From assembly GCA_934096075.1 (NCBI GenBank), contig CAKOLN010000001.1:79242-143241 (forward strand): a stretch of DNA of 64,000 nt, given 5' to 3'. The notes beneath the pieces are model-generated. The model searched no databases and was not told the origin of the DNA. It saw nothing but the letters and a program-made list of their open reading frames with translations. The position numbers and the translations under genes are program-made. Of the stretch, positions 20,244 to 30,154 are shown piece after piece. This stretch comes from an uncultured Bacilli bacterium (GTDB taxonomy: Bacteria > Bacillota_I > Bacilli_A > RF39 > UBA660). Numbering within the stretch: position 1 is the stretch's first letter; every line of letters starts with the position of its first letter.

Positions 20244-20882
20244 ATGTTAGTAAGTGGTTCAATTTTATCTGATAAAGTTAGTACAAAAGATGCTGTAAAA
20301 TGTATGGAGAATGCAAATGTTGATTATTTACATATAGATGTTATGGATGGTAAATTTGTTGAAAATAAAAGTTACACTATTAAAGAAGTTATGGATTTGA
20401 CAAAATATACGAATAAGCAACTTGATATTCATTTAATGGTTAAGAATCCACTTAAATATATTGATGCATTTAGTATGTTAAATACGGCATATATAACTTT
20501 TCATTATGAGGCAGTAAGAAATCCTGATGAAATTATAGATAGTATTAAAAATAAAGGAATAAAAGTAGGATTAAGTATTAAACCAAAAACAAATGTAAAT
20601 GAAATAGAAAAATATTTAAGTAAAGTTGATTTGATTTTGATAATGAGTGTAGAGCCTGGAAAAAGTGGTCAATCTTTTATGGATAGTGTAATTTATAAAA
20701 CAGAAATTTTAAAAAAGCTAAGAGATGAAAAAAAATATAATTTTATTATTAATATAGATGGTGGAATAAATAATGAAAGCTTTCCAAAAATAAAAGATAA
20801 TGTTGATATGGTAGTCAGTGCTTCGTATCTTTTAAGTGGTAATGCTAAAGAAAAAGTTGAATGTTTTAAAAAATGTAATTAA
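20244..20882 (+). CDS. rpe: Ribulose-phosphate 3-epimerase
   Basis: SILSDKVS, HIDVMDGKFV and IMSVEPGKSGQSF motifs. Confidence 0.8.
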   Translation: MLVSGSILSDKVSTKDAVKCMENANVDYLHIDVMDGKFVENKSYTIKEVMDLTKYTNKQLDIHLMVKNPLKYIDAFSMLNTAYITFHYEAVRNPDEIIDSIKNKGIKVGLSIKPKTNVNEIEKYLSKVDLILIMSVEPGKSGQSFMDSVIYKTEILKKLRDEKKYNFIINIDGGINNESFPKIKDNVDMVVSASYLLSGNAKEKVECFKKCN

Positions 20883-20994
20883 ATAAATACAAAAGAGAAA
20901 ATATTGTAATATTTTGTAAAATAATGTAATAAATAAGTTGAAAAAGTTTCTTGAAAGTGTTAGAATAACTGATAGAACGAAGGGAGGGAAGAAA

Positions 20995-21189
20995 ATGACT
21001 CGTGTAGAAGTTAAGAACGGAAATGTTGAAAATGCTTTAAAAAGATTTAAAATTAAAGTTCAACGTAGTGGAGTCCCTTCTGAAATGAAAAAGAGAAAGG
21101 AATACTCTAAACCAGGTGTTGTTAGAAGAGAAGCTAAAAAGGAAGCTATAAAAAATGCTAGAAGAAACAATAGAAGACATTCAGCTTAG
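20995..21189 (+). CDS. rpsU: 30S ribosomal protein S21
   Basis: MTRVEVKNGNVENALKRFKIKVQRSGV has an S21-like N-terminus and a basic tail. An AGGGAGGGAA RBS is present. The ORF track starts upstream at 20938. Confidence 0.8.
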   Translation: MTRVEVKNGNVENALKRFKIKVQRSGVPSEMKKRKEYSKPGVVRREAKKEAIKNARRNNRRHSA

Positions 21190-21200
21190 GAGGAATATTT

Positions 21201-21647
21201 ATGTTATATAATGAAATAAATAAAACCATGTTAGAAGCAATGAAAAGTAAAGATAAAGAAACATTGAGTACTATAAGGCTTTTAAAGAGTGCAATAGATT
21301 TATATAAAATAAATAATAAATTAACTGAAATAACTGATGATGTGGTTATAGAGGTTGCTAGTAAGCAAGTTAAGCAACACAGAGAAAGTATAGAAGAGTT
21401 TAGAAATGCTGGAAGAAATGACTTAGCTGATAATTTAGAAAAAGAAATTAGTATAATCAGTAAGTTTTTACCAGAGCAATTATCAAAAGAAGAAATTGAA
21501 AAAGAAATAGATGAAATATTTGCAGAAGTTAAACCTGAAAGTAGAAAAGATATGGGTAAAGTAATGAAAGAAGCAAATGTTAGACTTAAGGGAAAAGCTG
21601 ATTTTAAACTTGTAAGCGAAATTGTAAACACTAAATTGGGTATATAG
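21201..21647 (+). CDS. GatB/YqeY domain protein
   Basis: 148 aa with a YqeY-like pattern. The position after rpsU is conserved in Firmicutes. Confidence 0.75.
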   Translation: MLYNEINKTMLEAMKSKDKETLSTIRLLKSAIDLYKINNKLTEITDDVVIEVASKQVKQHRESIEEFRNAGRNDLADNLEKEISIISKFLPEQLSKEEIEKEIDEIFAEVKPESRKDMGKVMKEANVRLKGKADFKLVSEIVNTKLGI

Positions 21648-21705
21648 CGTTTAATATGTACCCAATAAACCTTCGATAATAAATTTTATCGAAAACCCAA
21701 ACTCG

Positions 21706-21733
21706 CTAGTACAAAAAATGTACTAGTTTTTTT
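21706..21733 (+). terminator. Rho-independent terminator
   Basis: CTAGTAC-aaaaaat-GTACTAG plus TTTTTTT. A second hairpin, TTCGATAA...TTATCGAA, lies just upstream. Confidence 0.6.
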
Positions 21734-21771
21734 GTTAAAAATTTGTTAAAATTTTTATAGTAGGTGATAAT

Positions 21772-23169
21772 ATGATAGATGATTTATTAAATTATCAAGT
21801 GATAGTTAAAAGTAGTAGTGATTCTTTAGAAAATTATGTTAATTTAGTGAATGTTAATAATATTAAATCTATTTCATTTTTAATTAAAGCACCAATAAGT
21901 GATATTGAATATCCTACTGAAAATACTATTTCTGTTGAAGAGTTTGAAAGTATAATAAATAAAATAGATTTGTTAAGAAAAAGTTATCCTAACATTAAAA
22001 TTAATCTTGGCGTTATATCCGATTATAATAAATCTAAAGAAAAATTTTTAGGAGAGCTAAGAAATAAAGTTGATTTTGTATCATTGAAAATAGAGCCAAC
22101 AGGTGTAGTAGATTATTTTAAAAAAATTAGTGAAGCTATTGAATCTGGAATCTATGATAATATTATTGGACTTGAAGATTTATTTAATTATCGTGGAACA
22201 TTAACTGTTGAAGAAAGAAAAAAATTTGATAGTCAGGCAAATGATGCTTTTCAAATTATTGCAGAAAAGCTTAACGAACTAGGAATACCAATTAATTTAG
22301 ATATTAATAATATTCCACATAGTATGCAAGAGTTTTTAAGAATTACATCATTTTATCATAATAAAATAATAAAGTCATCTAATTTTACTAATTCAAATGA
22401 ATTGCCTTTTAATAAAAATTCGTTATCTCTTGTAAATTTAAATAATGTTGTTAATAATTACAATCCAAGATTAGAAAGATTAACTAATCAAAAGCTTACT
22501 TATATTTTTAATAATAGACAAGCTAAAATATATAGTATATATACTGAAAGAAGTTTGGATCTTTTAAGAAATATTTTAAATAAAACACCAAAAGAAACTG
22601 ATAAATCTTTGGTTGAATATTACATTATGTCATCTTTAGATAATGCTATTAAAGTAGATAATGATAAAGCTAATTATATGGATCAAGGTGAGTTTAATAA
22701 GATAGAAAGTTTTAGTTTATCTCAATTGACTGCGGAAGAAAAAACTATAGAATTAGAAAGAGTTAAAAGAAATATAAATAGCATAAATAATACTTTAAGT
22801 AAAAGGATTTCATTAATTAATATGATAAAAGAAAGTGTAAAATATGCGTTTCAGGTTGGAGCTTCAACGCCAGATGACATATTAACAATAACTGCATATT
22901 TAATCGAAATAAAAGTAGGTAATAATGAATCAATGAGAAAAGTGTTAGTTGATAATTTAATGAATCTTGAGGAAAGTTTAAAGTCATCTAGTGGTAAAGA
23001 AGATAATGCTGTTTTATCTAAAAGAAATCCTGCGTTTCAGAATACTGAATCAAAACAGTCTTTTAATTGGAATAGTGGTATAATAAATTTAATTTCTATA
23101 GCATTAATACTAACATTTATATTAGGATTTGGTATTGGAATAGCTTATATGTTGTTAAAGATTAGCTGA
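21772..23169 (+). CDS. Hypothetical protein with a C-terminal TM anchor
   Basis: 465-aa ORF whose C-terminus LISIALILTFILGFGIGIAYMLL is hydrophobic. Confidence 0.4.
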   Translation: MIDDLLNYQVIVKSSSDSLENYVNLVNVNNIKSISFLIKAPISDIEYPTENTISVEEFESIINKIDLLRKSYPNIKINLGVISDYNKSKEKFLGELRNKVDFVSLKIEPTGVVDYFKKISEAIESGIYDNIIGLEDLFNYRGTLTVEERKKFDSQANDAFQIIAEKLNELGIPINLDINNIPHSMQEFLRITSFYHNKIIKSSNFTNSNELPFNKNSLSLVNLNNVVNNYNPRLERLTNQKLTYIFNNRQAKIYSIYTERSLDLLRNILNKTPKETDKSLVEYYIMSSLDNAIKVDNDKANYMDQGEFNKIESFSLSQLTAEEKTIELERVKRNINSINNTLSKRISLINMIKESVKYAFQVGASTPDDILTITAYLIEIKVGNNESMRKVLVDNLMNLEESLKSSSGKEDNAVLSKRNPAFQNTESKQSFNWNSGIINLISIALILTFILGFGIGIAYMLLKIS

Positions 23170-23232
23170 TTATGTCAGTTTTTTCTTTTAAAAAAGTAGT
23201 AAATTTTGTATAATTATGTTAGAGGTATTACT

Positions 23233-23997
23233 ATGAGTGAAATATTAAAATATAATGAAAGTGAAAATATAAATTTTGTATTAGAAAGTGGAAATTTTTA
23301 TACATTTGTAGGTGAACTAAATAATCATATAATAAATAATCTTTTATTAACTGAACTTAATGAATTTATTGTTTTAGATGATTCTACTGTAACTAATGAT
23401 AATTTGAATAAATATAGAAAAGAGGTTTCATTTAGTTTGTATGACCTAGTTAATACTTTTACTTGTGAAAGAGTTATTGATGAACTTGCATTTCCTTTGG
23501 AAAATATGGCATATAAGAATTCTACTATGCAAAGTAAAATTAAAGAGTTTGCACCTAAATTAAGATTAGATTTAATATTAGATGAAAGTCCAAATAGTAT
23601 ATGCATGAGTAAAAGAGCTTTACTAAATATAGGAAGTGCTTTAATTACAGCACCTAAAATTTTGGCTATTAATAATATATTTAGTTTGCTTGATAAAAAA
23701 GATAAAGAAGCTTTGCTAGATTATTTAAAAGAATATGTTAATAATGATGGAATAGTAGTTAATTTTACTTCTGATATAGAAGAAGCATTATTTGGAAATA
23801 AGTTAGTGGTATCTAATAAAGAGAAAATAGTTATAAGTGGTAAAACTATAAGTGTACTTAATGAAGAAATAATTATGAAAAGACTAGGATTTAGTTTACC
23901 TTTTATAGTACAGTTAAATAAATATATGAAAGATTATGAACTTATTAAGAATTATACACTTAGTTATGAAGGGTTAGTTGGTAAGATATGGAAATAG
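23233..23997 (+). CDS. ecfA: EcfA-like ABC ATPase homolog with degenerate catalytic motifs
   Basis: Alignable to the EcfA core: FPLEN~FGLEN, ICMSKRALLNIG~LSGGQKQRVAIA, AINNIFSLLD~ILDEATSMLD, FTSD~ITHD. The Walker A region reads FVGELNNH with no GxxGxGKS/T. It sits in a conserved ecfA-ecfA-ecfT-truA context. Confidence 0.6.
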   Translation: MSEILKYNESENINFVLESGNFYTFVGELNNHIINNLLLTELNEFIVLDDSTVTNDNLNKYRKEVSFSLYDLVNTFTCERVIDELAFPLENMAYKNSTMQSKIKEFAPKLRLDLILDESPNSICMSKRALLNIGSALITAPKILAINNIFSLLDKKDKEALLDYLKEYVNNDGIVVNFTSDIEEALFGNKLVVSNKEKIVISGKTISVLNEEIIMKRLGFSLPFIVQLNKYMKDYELIKNYTLSYEGLVGKIWK

Positions 23998-24830
23998 TTT
24001 TTAATGATGTAACATTTAAAGAAAATATAAAAACTCCATTAGAAAAAACATATTTAAAAAAAGTTTCTTTTATGATTGAAGATAATAAAATAACTAGTAT
24101 TATAGGTAATACTAGTAGTGGAATAGATGTAATAGGTGATTTGATAAGTATAATTAAAACTCCTACTAGTGGATCTATAAGGGTGTTTGAATATGTGAAT
24201 GATGGTAGAAGAATTAAGAATATAAATAAATTAAGAATGAATATTGGTTATGTTAAAAGTGATGTTAATAAGATGTTGTTTAATAAAACTGTTAAAGATG
24301 AATTGTCTTTTGGAGTAAAATATTTTAAATATAAAATAAATAAACAAGAAATAAGAGTTAAAGAAGCGTTAAAGTTAGTTAATTTAGATGAAGAGTATTT
24401 AAATAAAAATGTAAGTGATTTAACTTTTGAAGAGAAAAAGAAAGTAAGTTTAGCTTCTGTATTAATATTTAATCCTAGTTTAATTATTTTAGAAGATATA
24501 ACTATTGGATTAGGTAATAAAGAAAAAGAAAATTTAATAAAGTTATTGAATACTTTAAAAAATAAATATAAAAAAACTATAATATTAATTTCTAAAGATA
24601 CTGATTTTTGTTATAGAGTGACAGATAAAGTGTTTATAATTGATCATGGTAGAGTAGTATTTAATGGAGATAGAAATGTTTTAATACATGATAAAATGTT
24701 AACTTTTTATGATTTAGAAACTCCTAATATTGTAAAATTTATAAATGCTGCGAATAAGAAAAATAAAAATTTAACATATACCACTAATATTTTAGACTTA
24801 ATAAAGGAGGTATATAGAAATGCAAAATAA
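23988..24830 (+). CDS. ecfA: EcfA'-like ABC ATPase homolog with degenerate catalytic motifs
   Basis: Walker A position reads IIGNTSSGIDV (no lysine), signature position LTFEEKKKVSLA, Walker B LIILEDIT, H-loop LISKDTD (no His). The ABC fold spacing is otherwise retained. Confidence 0.6.
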   Translation: MEIVFNDVTFKENIKTPLEKTYLKKVSFMIEDNKITSIIGNTSSGIDVIGDLISIIKTPTSGSIRVFEYVNDGRRIKNINKLRMNIGYVKSDVNKMLFNKTVKDELSFGVKYFKYKINKQEIRVKEALKLVNLDEEYLNKNVSDLTFEEKKKVSLASVLIFNPSLIILEDITIGLGNKEKENLIKLLNTLKNKYKKTIILISKDTDFCYRVTDKVFIIDHGRVVFNGDRNVLIHDKMLTFYDLETPNIVKFINAANKKNKNLTYTTNILDLIKEVYRNAK

Positions 24831-25578
24831 TAAATATTTTGGATCATATTATCCAGTTACAAGTAATATTCATAAGTTAAATCCTATTGTTAAATTACTT
24901 TGTTTGTTGATCTTTATATTAACAATGATAGGTAGTATGAATTTAAAATTACATGTAGTTATACTGTTTTTCTTATTTATGATGATGTATTATTCTAATG
25001 TACCTTTAAGATTTTATACAGGTATGCTTTATGGATTAAGGTATGTTTATATATTTCTTCTATTTTTGTTAGCCAGTAAAGGGTTAAGTTTAGAAAATGC
25101 AGTTACTATATTTTTGAAAATTAGTATGGTAATAGAATATCTTGCTTTAATATTTTATACTACTAGTAATAGTGAACTTAAATATGCTATAGAAAAGATA
25201 TTAAATCCTATAAATGTTTTTAATTTAAACTTAAATAAAATATCATATGTAATAACTAATGTAATTATATTCTTTCCATTATTAATAACAACTGATTTAG
25301 AAGTAGTAGAAAGTGCTTCTTCTAGAGGATTAGATTATTTTCATGGAGATATATTATCTAGATTAATTGTACAAAAAAATACTATTAAAAATACTTTGAG
25401 ATTAACTAGAGAAAAATTAAAAAGAATTAAATTTGTAAGTAGTTTAAAATTATATAATACAAAAAAATTAAGAACTAATTTAAATACAAATAAATTTAAT
25501 TATAGAGATGTTTTATTAATTTTGGTTCATTTAATTTTTATAGCTTTTTATATTGCGTTTGAAAGGGGTGTTTTATGA
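24820..25578 (+). CDS. ecfT: Energy-coupling factor transporter transmembrane protein EcfT
   Basis: 252 aa, multi-TM. N-terminal YPVTSNIHKLNPIVKL is typical of EcfT/CbiQ. Followed by truA. Confidence 0.65.
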   Translation: MQNNKYFGSYYPVTSNIHKLNPIVKLLCLLIFILTMIGSMNLKLHVVILFFLFMMMYYSNVPLRFYTGMLYGLRYVYIFLLFLLASKGLSLENAVTIFLKISMVIEYLALIFYTTSNSELKYAIEKILNPINVFNLNLNKISYVITNVIIFFPLLITTDLEVVESASSRGLDYFHGDILSRLIVQKNTIKNTLRLTREKLKRIKFVSSLKLYNTKKLRTNLNTNKFNYRDVLLILVHLIFIAFYIAFERGVL

Positions 25579-26300
25579 GATACTTAGTTAATATGTGTTA
25601 TGACGGAACTGATTATTATGGATTTCAAATACAAAAAGATATGAAAACTATTCAAGGAGATGTAGAGAGAATATTATCTAAAATATTAAATGAAAATATT
25701 AATATAGTAGGTTGTTCAAGGACAGATAAAGGAGTACATGCGAATGATTATTATTTTCATTTTGAGACTTTTAAAGAGTTTGATTTAGGTAAGCTAACTA
25801 AAAGTTTAAATAGTTTACTAGATGATTCTATTTATATTAAGAATATTAAAGAAGTAGATAATGAATTTCATGCACGATATAGTGTTAAAGACAAAGAATA
25901 TTTATATGTTATTAATACTGGTGAGTATTGTCCTACTAGAAGGAATATAGAGTTAGAATATAATAAATGTATTGATGTAGAGTTATTAAAAGAAGCATCC
26001 AGATATTTAATTGGTAAACACGATTTTAAAAGTTTTACTTCTGATAATGAAAGAGATAATTTCGTTAGAACAATTAATTATATAAAGTTTGAAGAAAAAA
26101 ATGAGATATTAAATATATATATAAATGCAGATGGATTTTTAAAGTATATGGTTAGAAATATAGTAGGATTATTCTTAGAATTAAATGATGGTAAAAAGAA
26201 TTTAACCGATATCGAAGAAATTTTGGAAAGTAAAGATAGAACTATGCTTGGAGTATGTGCTCCTTCCGTTGGACTTTATTTAAATAAAGTGAATTATTAA
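25575..26300 (+). CDS. truA: tRNA pseudouridine(38-40) synthase
   Basis: YDGTDYYGFQIQ and GCSRTDKGVHA contain the catalytic Asp motif. Confidence 0.85.
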   Translation: MRYLVNMCYDGTDYYGFQIQKDMKTIQGDVERILSKILNENINIVGCSRTDKGVHANDYYFHFETFKEFDLGKLTKSLNSLLDDSIYIKNIKEVDNEFHARYSVKDKEYLYVINTGEYCPTRRNIELEYNKCIDVELLKEASRYLIGKHDFKSFTSDNERDNFVRTINYIKFEEKNEILNIYINADGFLKYMVRNIVGLFLELNDGKKNLTDIEEILESKDRTMLGVCAPSVGLYLNKVNY

Positions 26301-26386
26301 GGGAAAGTACTTGTATTTTCCTTATTTTTATGGTATATTTTATTTATCAAACACAAAGGTGTTTTTTTTATGGAGGTCTTTATATA

Positions 26387-26557
26387 ATGAAAGAATTTTT
26401 TAAAGGTGTAAAAAATGAAACTAAAGCAATACGTTGGCCTAAGGGAAAAACAATGGTAAAGTATTCTTGTGTAGTACTTGTACTTATGTTATTCTTTGGA
26501 GTATATTTTTATGGGTTTGATGTATTATTTACTTTCTTGAAAGGATTAGTGAGTTAG
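26387..26557 (+). CDS. secE: Preprotein translocase subunit SecE
   Basis: 56 aa with a KAIRWPKGKT-type motif followed by a single TM. It lies immediately upstream of nusG. Confidence 0.7.
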   Translation: MKEFFKGVKNETKAIRWPKGKTMVKYSCVVLVLMLFFGVYFYGFDVLFTFLKGLVS

Positions 26558-26558
26558 T

Positions 26559-27098
26559 ATGGAAAATGAAAAATTATGGTATGTAGTTAATACTTATTCA
26601 GGTCATGAAAGTAAAGTAAAAGAAAATTTAGAAATGCGTACTGAATCAATGGGAATGGAGAATAATATTTTTAGAGTTGTTATTCCAGAAACTAAAGAAG
26701 TTGAAATTAAGGATGGAGTAAAAAAAGAAAAAACTAAGAAAATGTTTCCAGGATATGTTTTAGTTGAAATGATTATGAGTGATGAAGCTTGGTATGCTGT
26801 TAGAAATACGCCAGGTGTTACTGGATTTATAGGATCAAGTGGTAAAGGTGCTAAGCCTATTCCATTAAGTCCTGCTGAAATTGATAAAATACTTGCTAAT
26901 GAAGGAATGAGTAGATTAGATTTAGAAAATGATCTAAAAGAAGGAGATTCTGTTAAAATTGTTGATGGTCCATTTAAAGAAATGTATGGTAAAGTTCAAA
27001 ATATAGATTTAGAAAATCAAAAACTAAATGTTTTAATTGATTTATTTGGACAAGAAACACCTGTAGAAGTTGAGTTAGCTCAAATAAGTAAGATGTAA
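26559..27098 (+). CDS. nusG: Transcription termination/antitermination protein NusG
   Basis: WYVVNTYSGHE NGN domain and a C-terminal KOW domain (GDSVKIVDGPFKEMYGKV). Confidence 0.9.
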   Translation: MENEKLWYVVNTYSGHESKVKENLEMRTESMGMENNIFRVVIPETKEVEIKDGVKKEKTKKMFPGYVLVEMIMSDEAWYAVRNTPGVTGFIGSSGKGAKPIPLSPAEIDKILANEGMSRLDLENDLKEGDSVKIVDGPFKEMYGKVQNIDLENQKLNVLIDLFGQETPVEVELAQISKM

Positions 27099-27117
27099 AG
27101 TTTTAGTAAATAAAATG

Positions 27118-27147
27118 ACAAGTGATAAGAAAATCACTTGTTTTTTT
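27118..27147 (+). terminator. Rho-independent terminator after nusG
   Basis: ACAAGTGAT-aagaaa-ATCACTTGT plus TTTTTTT. Confidence 0.65.
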
Positions 27148-27206
27148 GTAAAATAAAAGCATTTTTATAGTTTTTGTCGTATATATATTTAGGAGGTAAA
27201 AAAATT

Positions 27207-28094
27207 ATGAACTATTATGATGAAATAAAAAATATATTAGTAGATAATATAATTGGAAGAAAAGTAAGAGAATATAAAAGTAATCAAAAAGATTTAGAAG
27301 GATACTATAATGTAGGTAAATTACTTATAGAAGCACAAGGTGGAGTAGCAAGGGCTAAATATGGTAATCAACTTATTAAAGAATATTCTAAAAGATTAAC
27401 GAGTGAACTTGGAAAAGGGTTTTCTATTAGAAGTTTAAAATATATGAGGAAGTTTTATTTAGTTTGTCAAAAAGGGCAATCACTGATTGCCTTATTTATA
27501 AAATATAATGTATCATGGACATTTGTTACAAAACTTTTAAAACTTACTGATATTTGTGAAATTGAATATTATATTAAAAATATTTATAAATTTAATTTGA
27601 CAACTAGAGAATTAGATTTGAAACTTAAAACCGATGAATATGATAGACTTGATGATGAAGTAAAAGAAAAGTTATCTAAACAAGAAGTAGTACCAATTAA
27701 AGATACAATACCTAATCCAGTGGTATTAAATGGTTTAATGTTTAAAGAAAAACTAACAGAGAAAATACTTCAAAAATATATAGATGAAAATCCAATTGAA
27801 TTATGTAAATCCTTAGGTGAAGGATATACATATGTTGATAGTCAGTATAAAATTAAAATAGGAAATAATTACAATTACATTGATGTCTTATTGTTTAATA
27901 TCATAGATATGAATTATATAGATTTAGAATTAAAGAAAGAATATCATAATAAGACTAATGGAGTAATCTTATGTAGAAAAGATAATAAATGGTTAATAAA
28001 GTATATAAATAGTGAAGAAATAAGAATAAGAAGATTTATAACAAGTGATGAAAATATTTGTGAATGTTTAGGAGAAAAAAATGAACTATTATGA
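27207..28094 (+). CDS. YhcG/DUF1016-family PD-(D/E)XK nuclease-like protein, copy 1 (internally deleted)
   Basis: N-terminal EYKSNQKDLEGYYNVGKLLIEAQGG...AKYGNQLIKEYSKRLTSELGKGFSIRSL matches the DUF1016/YhcG pattern. About 25 aa are missing relative to copies 2 and 3, including the VVVELKITELKKEH core. ATG at 27207 follows a GGAGG RBS. Confidence 0.6.
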   Translation: MNYYDEIKNILVDNIIGRKVREYKSNQKDLEGYYNVGKLLIEAQGGVARAKYGNQLIKEYSKRLTSELGKGFSIRSLKYMRKFYLVCQKGQSLIALFIKYNVSWTFVTKLLKLTDICEIEYYIKNIYKFNLTTRELDLKLKTDEYDRLDDEVKEKLSKQEVVPIKDTIPNPVVLNGLMFKEKLTEKILQKYIDENPIELCKSLGEGYTYVDSQYKIKIGNNYNYIDVLLFNIIDMNYIDLELKKEYHNKTNGVILCRKDNKWLIKYINSEEIRIRRFITSDENICECLGEKNELL

Positions 28095-29040
28095 TGAAAT
28101 AAAAAATATATTAGTAGACAATATAATTGGAAGAAAAGTAAGAGAATATAAAAGTAATCAAAAAGATTTAGAAGGATACTATAATGTAGGTAAATTACTT
28201 ATAGAAGCACAAGGTGGAGAAACAAGAGCTAAATATGGTAATCAACTTATTAAAGAATATTCTAAAAGATTAACGAGTGAACTTGGAAAAGGATATTCAG
28301 TTAGATCTCTAACTAATATGAGAACGTATTATTTACATCTGCAAAAACGGCAGACAGTGTCTGCCAAATTCAAAGCACTTAATATAACCTGGTCAAACAT
28401 ATGTGAAATATTGAAATTAAAAGATGAAAAAGAAATAGAATATTACTTAAATATTTCAAATAAATTTAATTTATCTACAAGAGACTTAAGAAAAAGAATT
28501 AAATCCAAAGAATATAATAGACTTGATGATGAAGTAAGAGAAAAACTATCTAGACAAGAAGTGGTACCAATTAAAGATACAATACCTAATCCAGTGGTTC
28601 TAAGTGGTTTAAAGTTTAAAGAAAAACTAACAGAAAAAATACTTCAGAAATATATAGATGAAAATCCAGTTGAATTTTGTAAGTCTTTAGGTGAGGGGTA
28701 CACATATGTTGATAGTCAATATAAAATTAAAATCGGAAATAATTATAATTATATTGACGTATTGTTGTTTAATACAATTGATTTAAATTATGTTGTAGTG
28801 GAATTAAAGATAACAGAATTAAAGAAAGAACATATAGGACAAATACAAACATATATGAATTATATAGATTTAGAACTTAAGAAAGAATATCATAATAAGA
28901 CTAATGGAGTAATCTTATGTAGAAAAGATAATAAATGGTTAATAAAGTATATAAATAGTGAAGAAATAAGAATAAGAAGATTTATAACAAGTGATGAAAA
29001 TATTTGTGAATGTTTAGGAGAAAAAAATGAACTATTATGA
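28081..29040 (+). CDS. YhcG/DUF1016-family PD-(D/E)XK nuclease-like protein, copy 2
   Basis: 319 aa. DUF1016-like N-domain plus a C-terminal D...VVVELKITELKKEHIGQIQTYMNYID restriction-endonuclease-like core. Start overlaps the copy 1 stop. Confidence 0.65.
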   Translation: MNYYDEIKNILVDNIIGRKVREYKSNQKDLEGYYNVGKLLIEAQGGETRAKYGNQLIKEYSKRLTSELGKGYSVRSLTNMRTYYLHLQKRQTVSAKFKALNITWSNICEILKLKDEKEIEYYLNISNKFNLSTRDLRKRIKSKEYNRLDDEVREKLSRQEVVPIKDTIPNPVVLSGLKFKEKLTEKILQKYIDENPVEFCKSLGEGYTYVDSQYKIKIGNNYNYIDVLLFNTIDLNYVVVELKITELKKEHIGQIQTYMNYIDLELKKEYHNKTNGVILCRKDNKWLIKYINSEEIRIRRFITSDENICECLGEKNELL

Positions 29041-29971
29041 TGAAATAAAAAATATATTAGTAGACAATATAATTGGAAGAAAAGTAAGAGAATATAAAAG
29101 TAATCAAAAAGATTTAGAAGGATACTATAATGTAGGTAAATTACTTATAGAAGCACAAGGTGGAGAAACAAGAGCTAAATATGGTAATCAACTTATTAAA
29201 GAATATTCTAAAAGATTAACGAGTGAACTTGGAAAAGGATATTCAGTTAGATCTCTAACTAATATGAGAACGTATTATTTACATCTGCAAAAACGGCAGA
29301 CAGTGTCTGCCAAATTCAAAGCACTTAATATAACCTGGTCAAACATATGTGAAATATTGAAATTAAAAGATGAAAAAGAAATAGAATATTACTTAAATAT
29401 TTCAAATAAATTTAATTTATCTACAAGAGACTTAAGAAAAAGAATTAAATCCAAAGAATATAATAGACTTGATGATGAAGTAAGAGAAAAACTATCTAGA
29501 CAAGAAGTGGTACCAATTAAAGATACAATACCTAATCCAGTGGTTCTAAGTGGTTTAAAGTTTAAAGAAAAACTAACAGAAAAAATACTTCAGAAATATA
29601 TAGATGAAAATCCAGTTGAATTTTGTAAGTCTTTAGGTGAGGGGTACACATATGTTGATAGTCAATATAAAATTAAAATCGGAAATAATTATAATTATAT
29701 TGACGTCTTATTGTTTAATGTTATAGATATGAATTATGTTGTAGTAGAATTAAAAATAACAGAATTAAAGAAAGAACATATTGGTCAGATAGAAACATAT
29801 ATGAATTATATAGATTTAGAACTTAAGAAAGAATATCATAATAAGACTAATGGAGTAATCTTATGTAGAAAAGATAATAAATGGTTAATAAAGTATATAA
29901 ATAGTGAAGAAATAAGAATAAGAAGATTTATAACAAGTGAAGAAAATATTTGTGAATGTTTTGATGAGTAA
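29027..29971 (+). CDS. YhcG/DUF1016-family PD-(D/E)XK nuclease-like protein, copy 3
   Basis: 314 aa. Nearly identical to copy 2 at the DNA level, with a slightly different C-terminus (ICECFDE). Confidence 0.65.
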   Translation: MNYYDEIKNILVDNIIGRKVREYKSNQKDLEGYYNVGKLLIEAQGGETRAKYGNQLIKEYSKRLTSELGKGYSVRSLTNMRTYYLHLQKRQTVSAKFKALNITWSNICEILKLKDEKEIEYYLNISNKFNLSTRDLRKRIKSKEYNRLDDEVREKLSRQEVVPIKDTIPNPVVLSGLKFKEKLTEKILQKYIDENPVEFCKSLGEGYTYVDSQYKIKIGNNYNYIDVLLFNVIDMNYVVVELKITELKKEHIGQIETYMNYIDLELKKEYHNKTNGVILCRKDNKWLIKYINSEEIRIRRFITSEENICECFDE

Positions 29972-30154
29972 TGGTTTAAAGCGATATAAATATAAAATAT
30001 TTTTAATTATCTTTGGTGGTGTTTGCTTGTTTTATAATGCATTTAATGATAATATTATTTAAGTTTATTGATGAATGAATAAATACATAGATTTATAATC
30101 TTATGATATAATAAATAATATTAGTGTTATAAAAATTAATTAGGAAGTGGTAAT

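Noticed and set aside
27207-29971. CRISPR array or IS element as the explanation for the ~945-bp tandem repeats
   Set aside because: The units are full-length protein-coding genes with RBSs. They are not short repeat-spacer units and carry no terminal inverted repeats or transposase.
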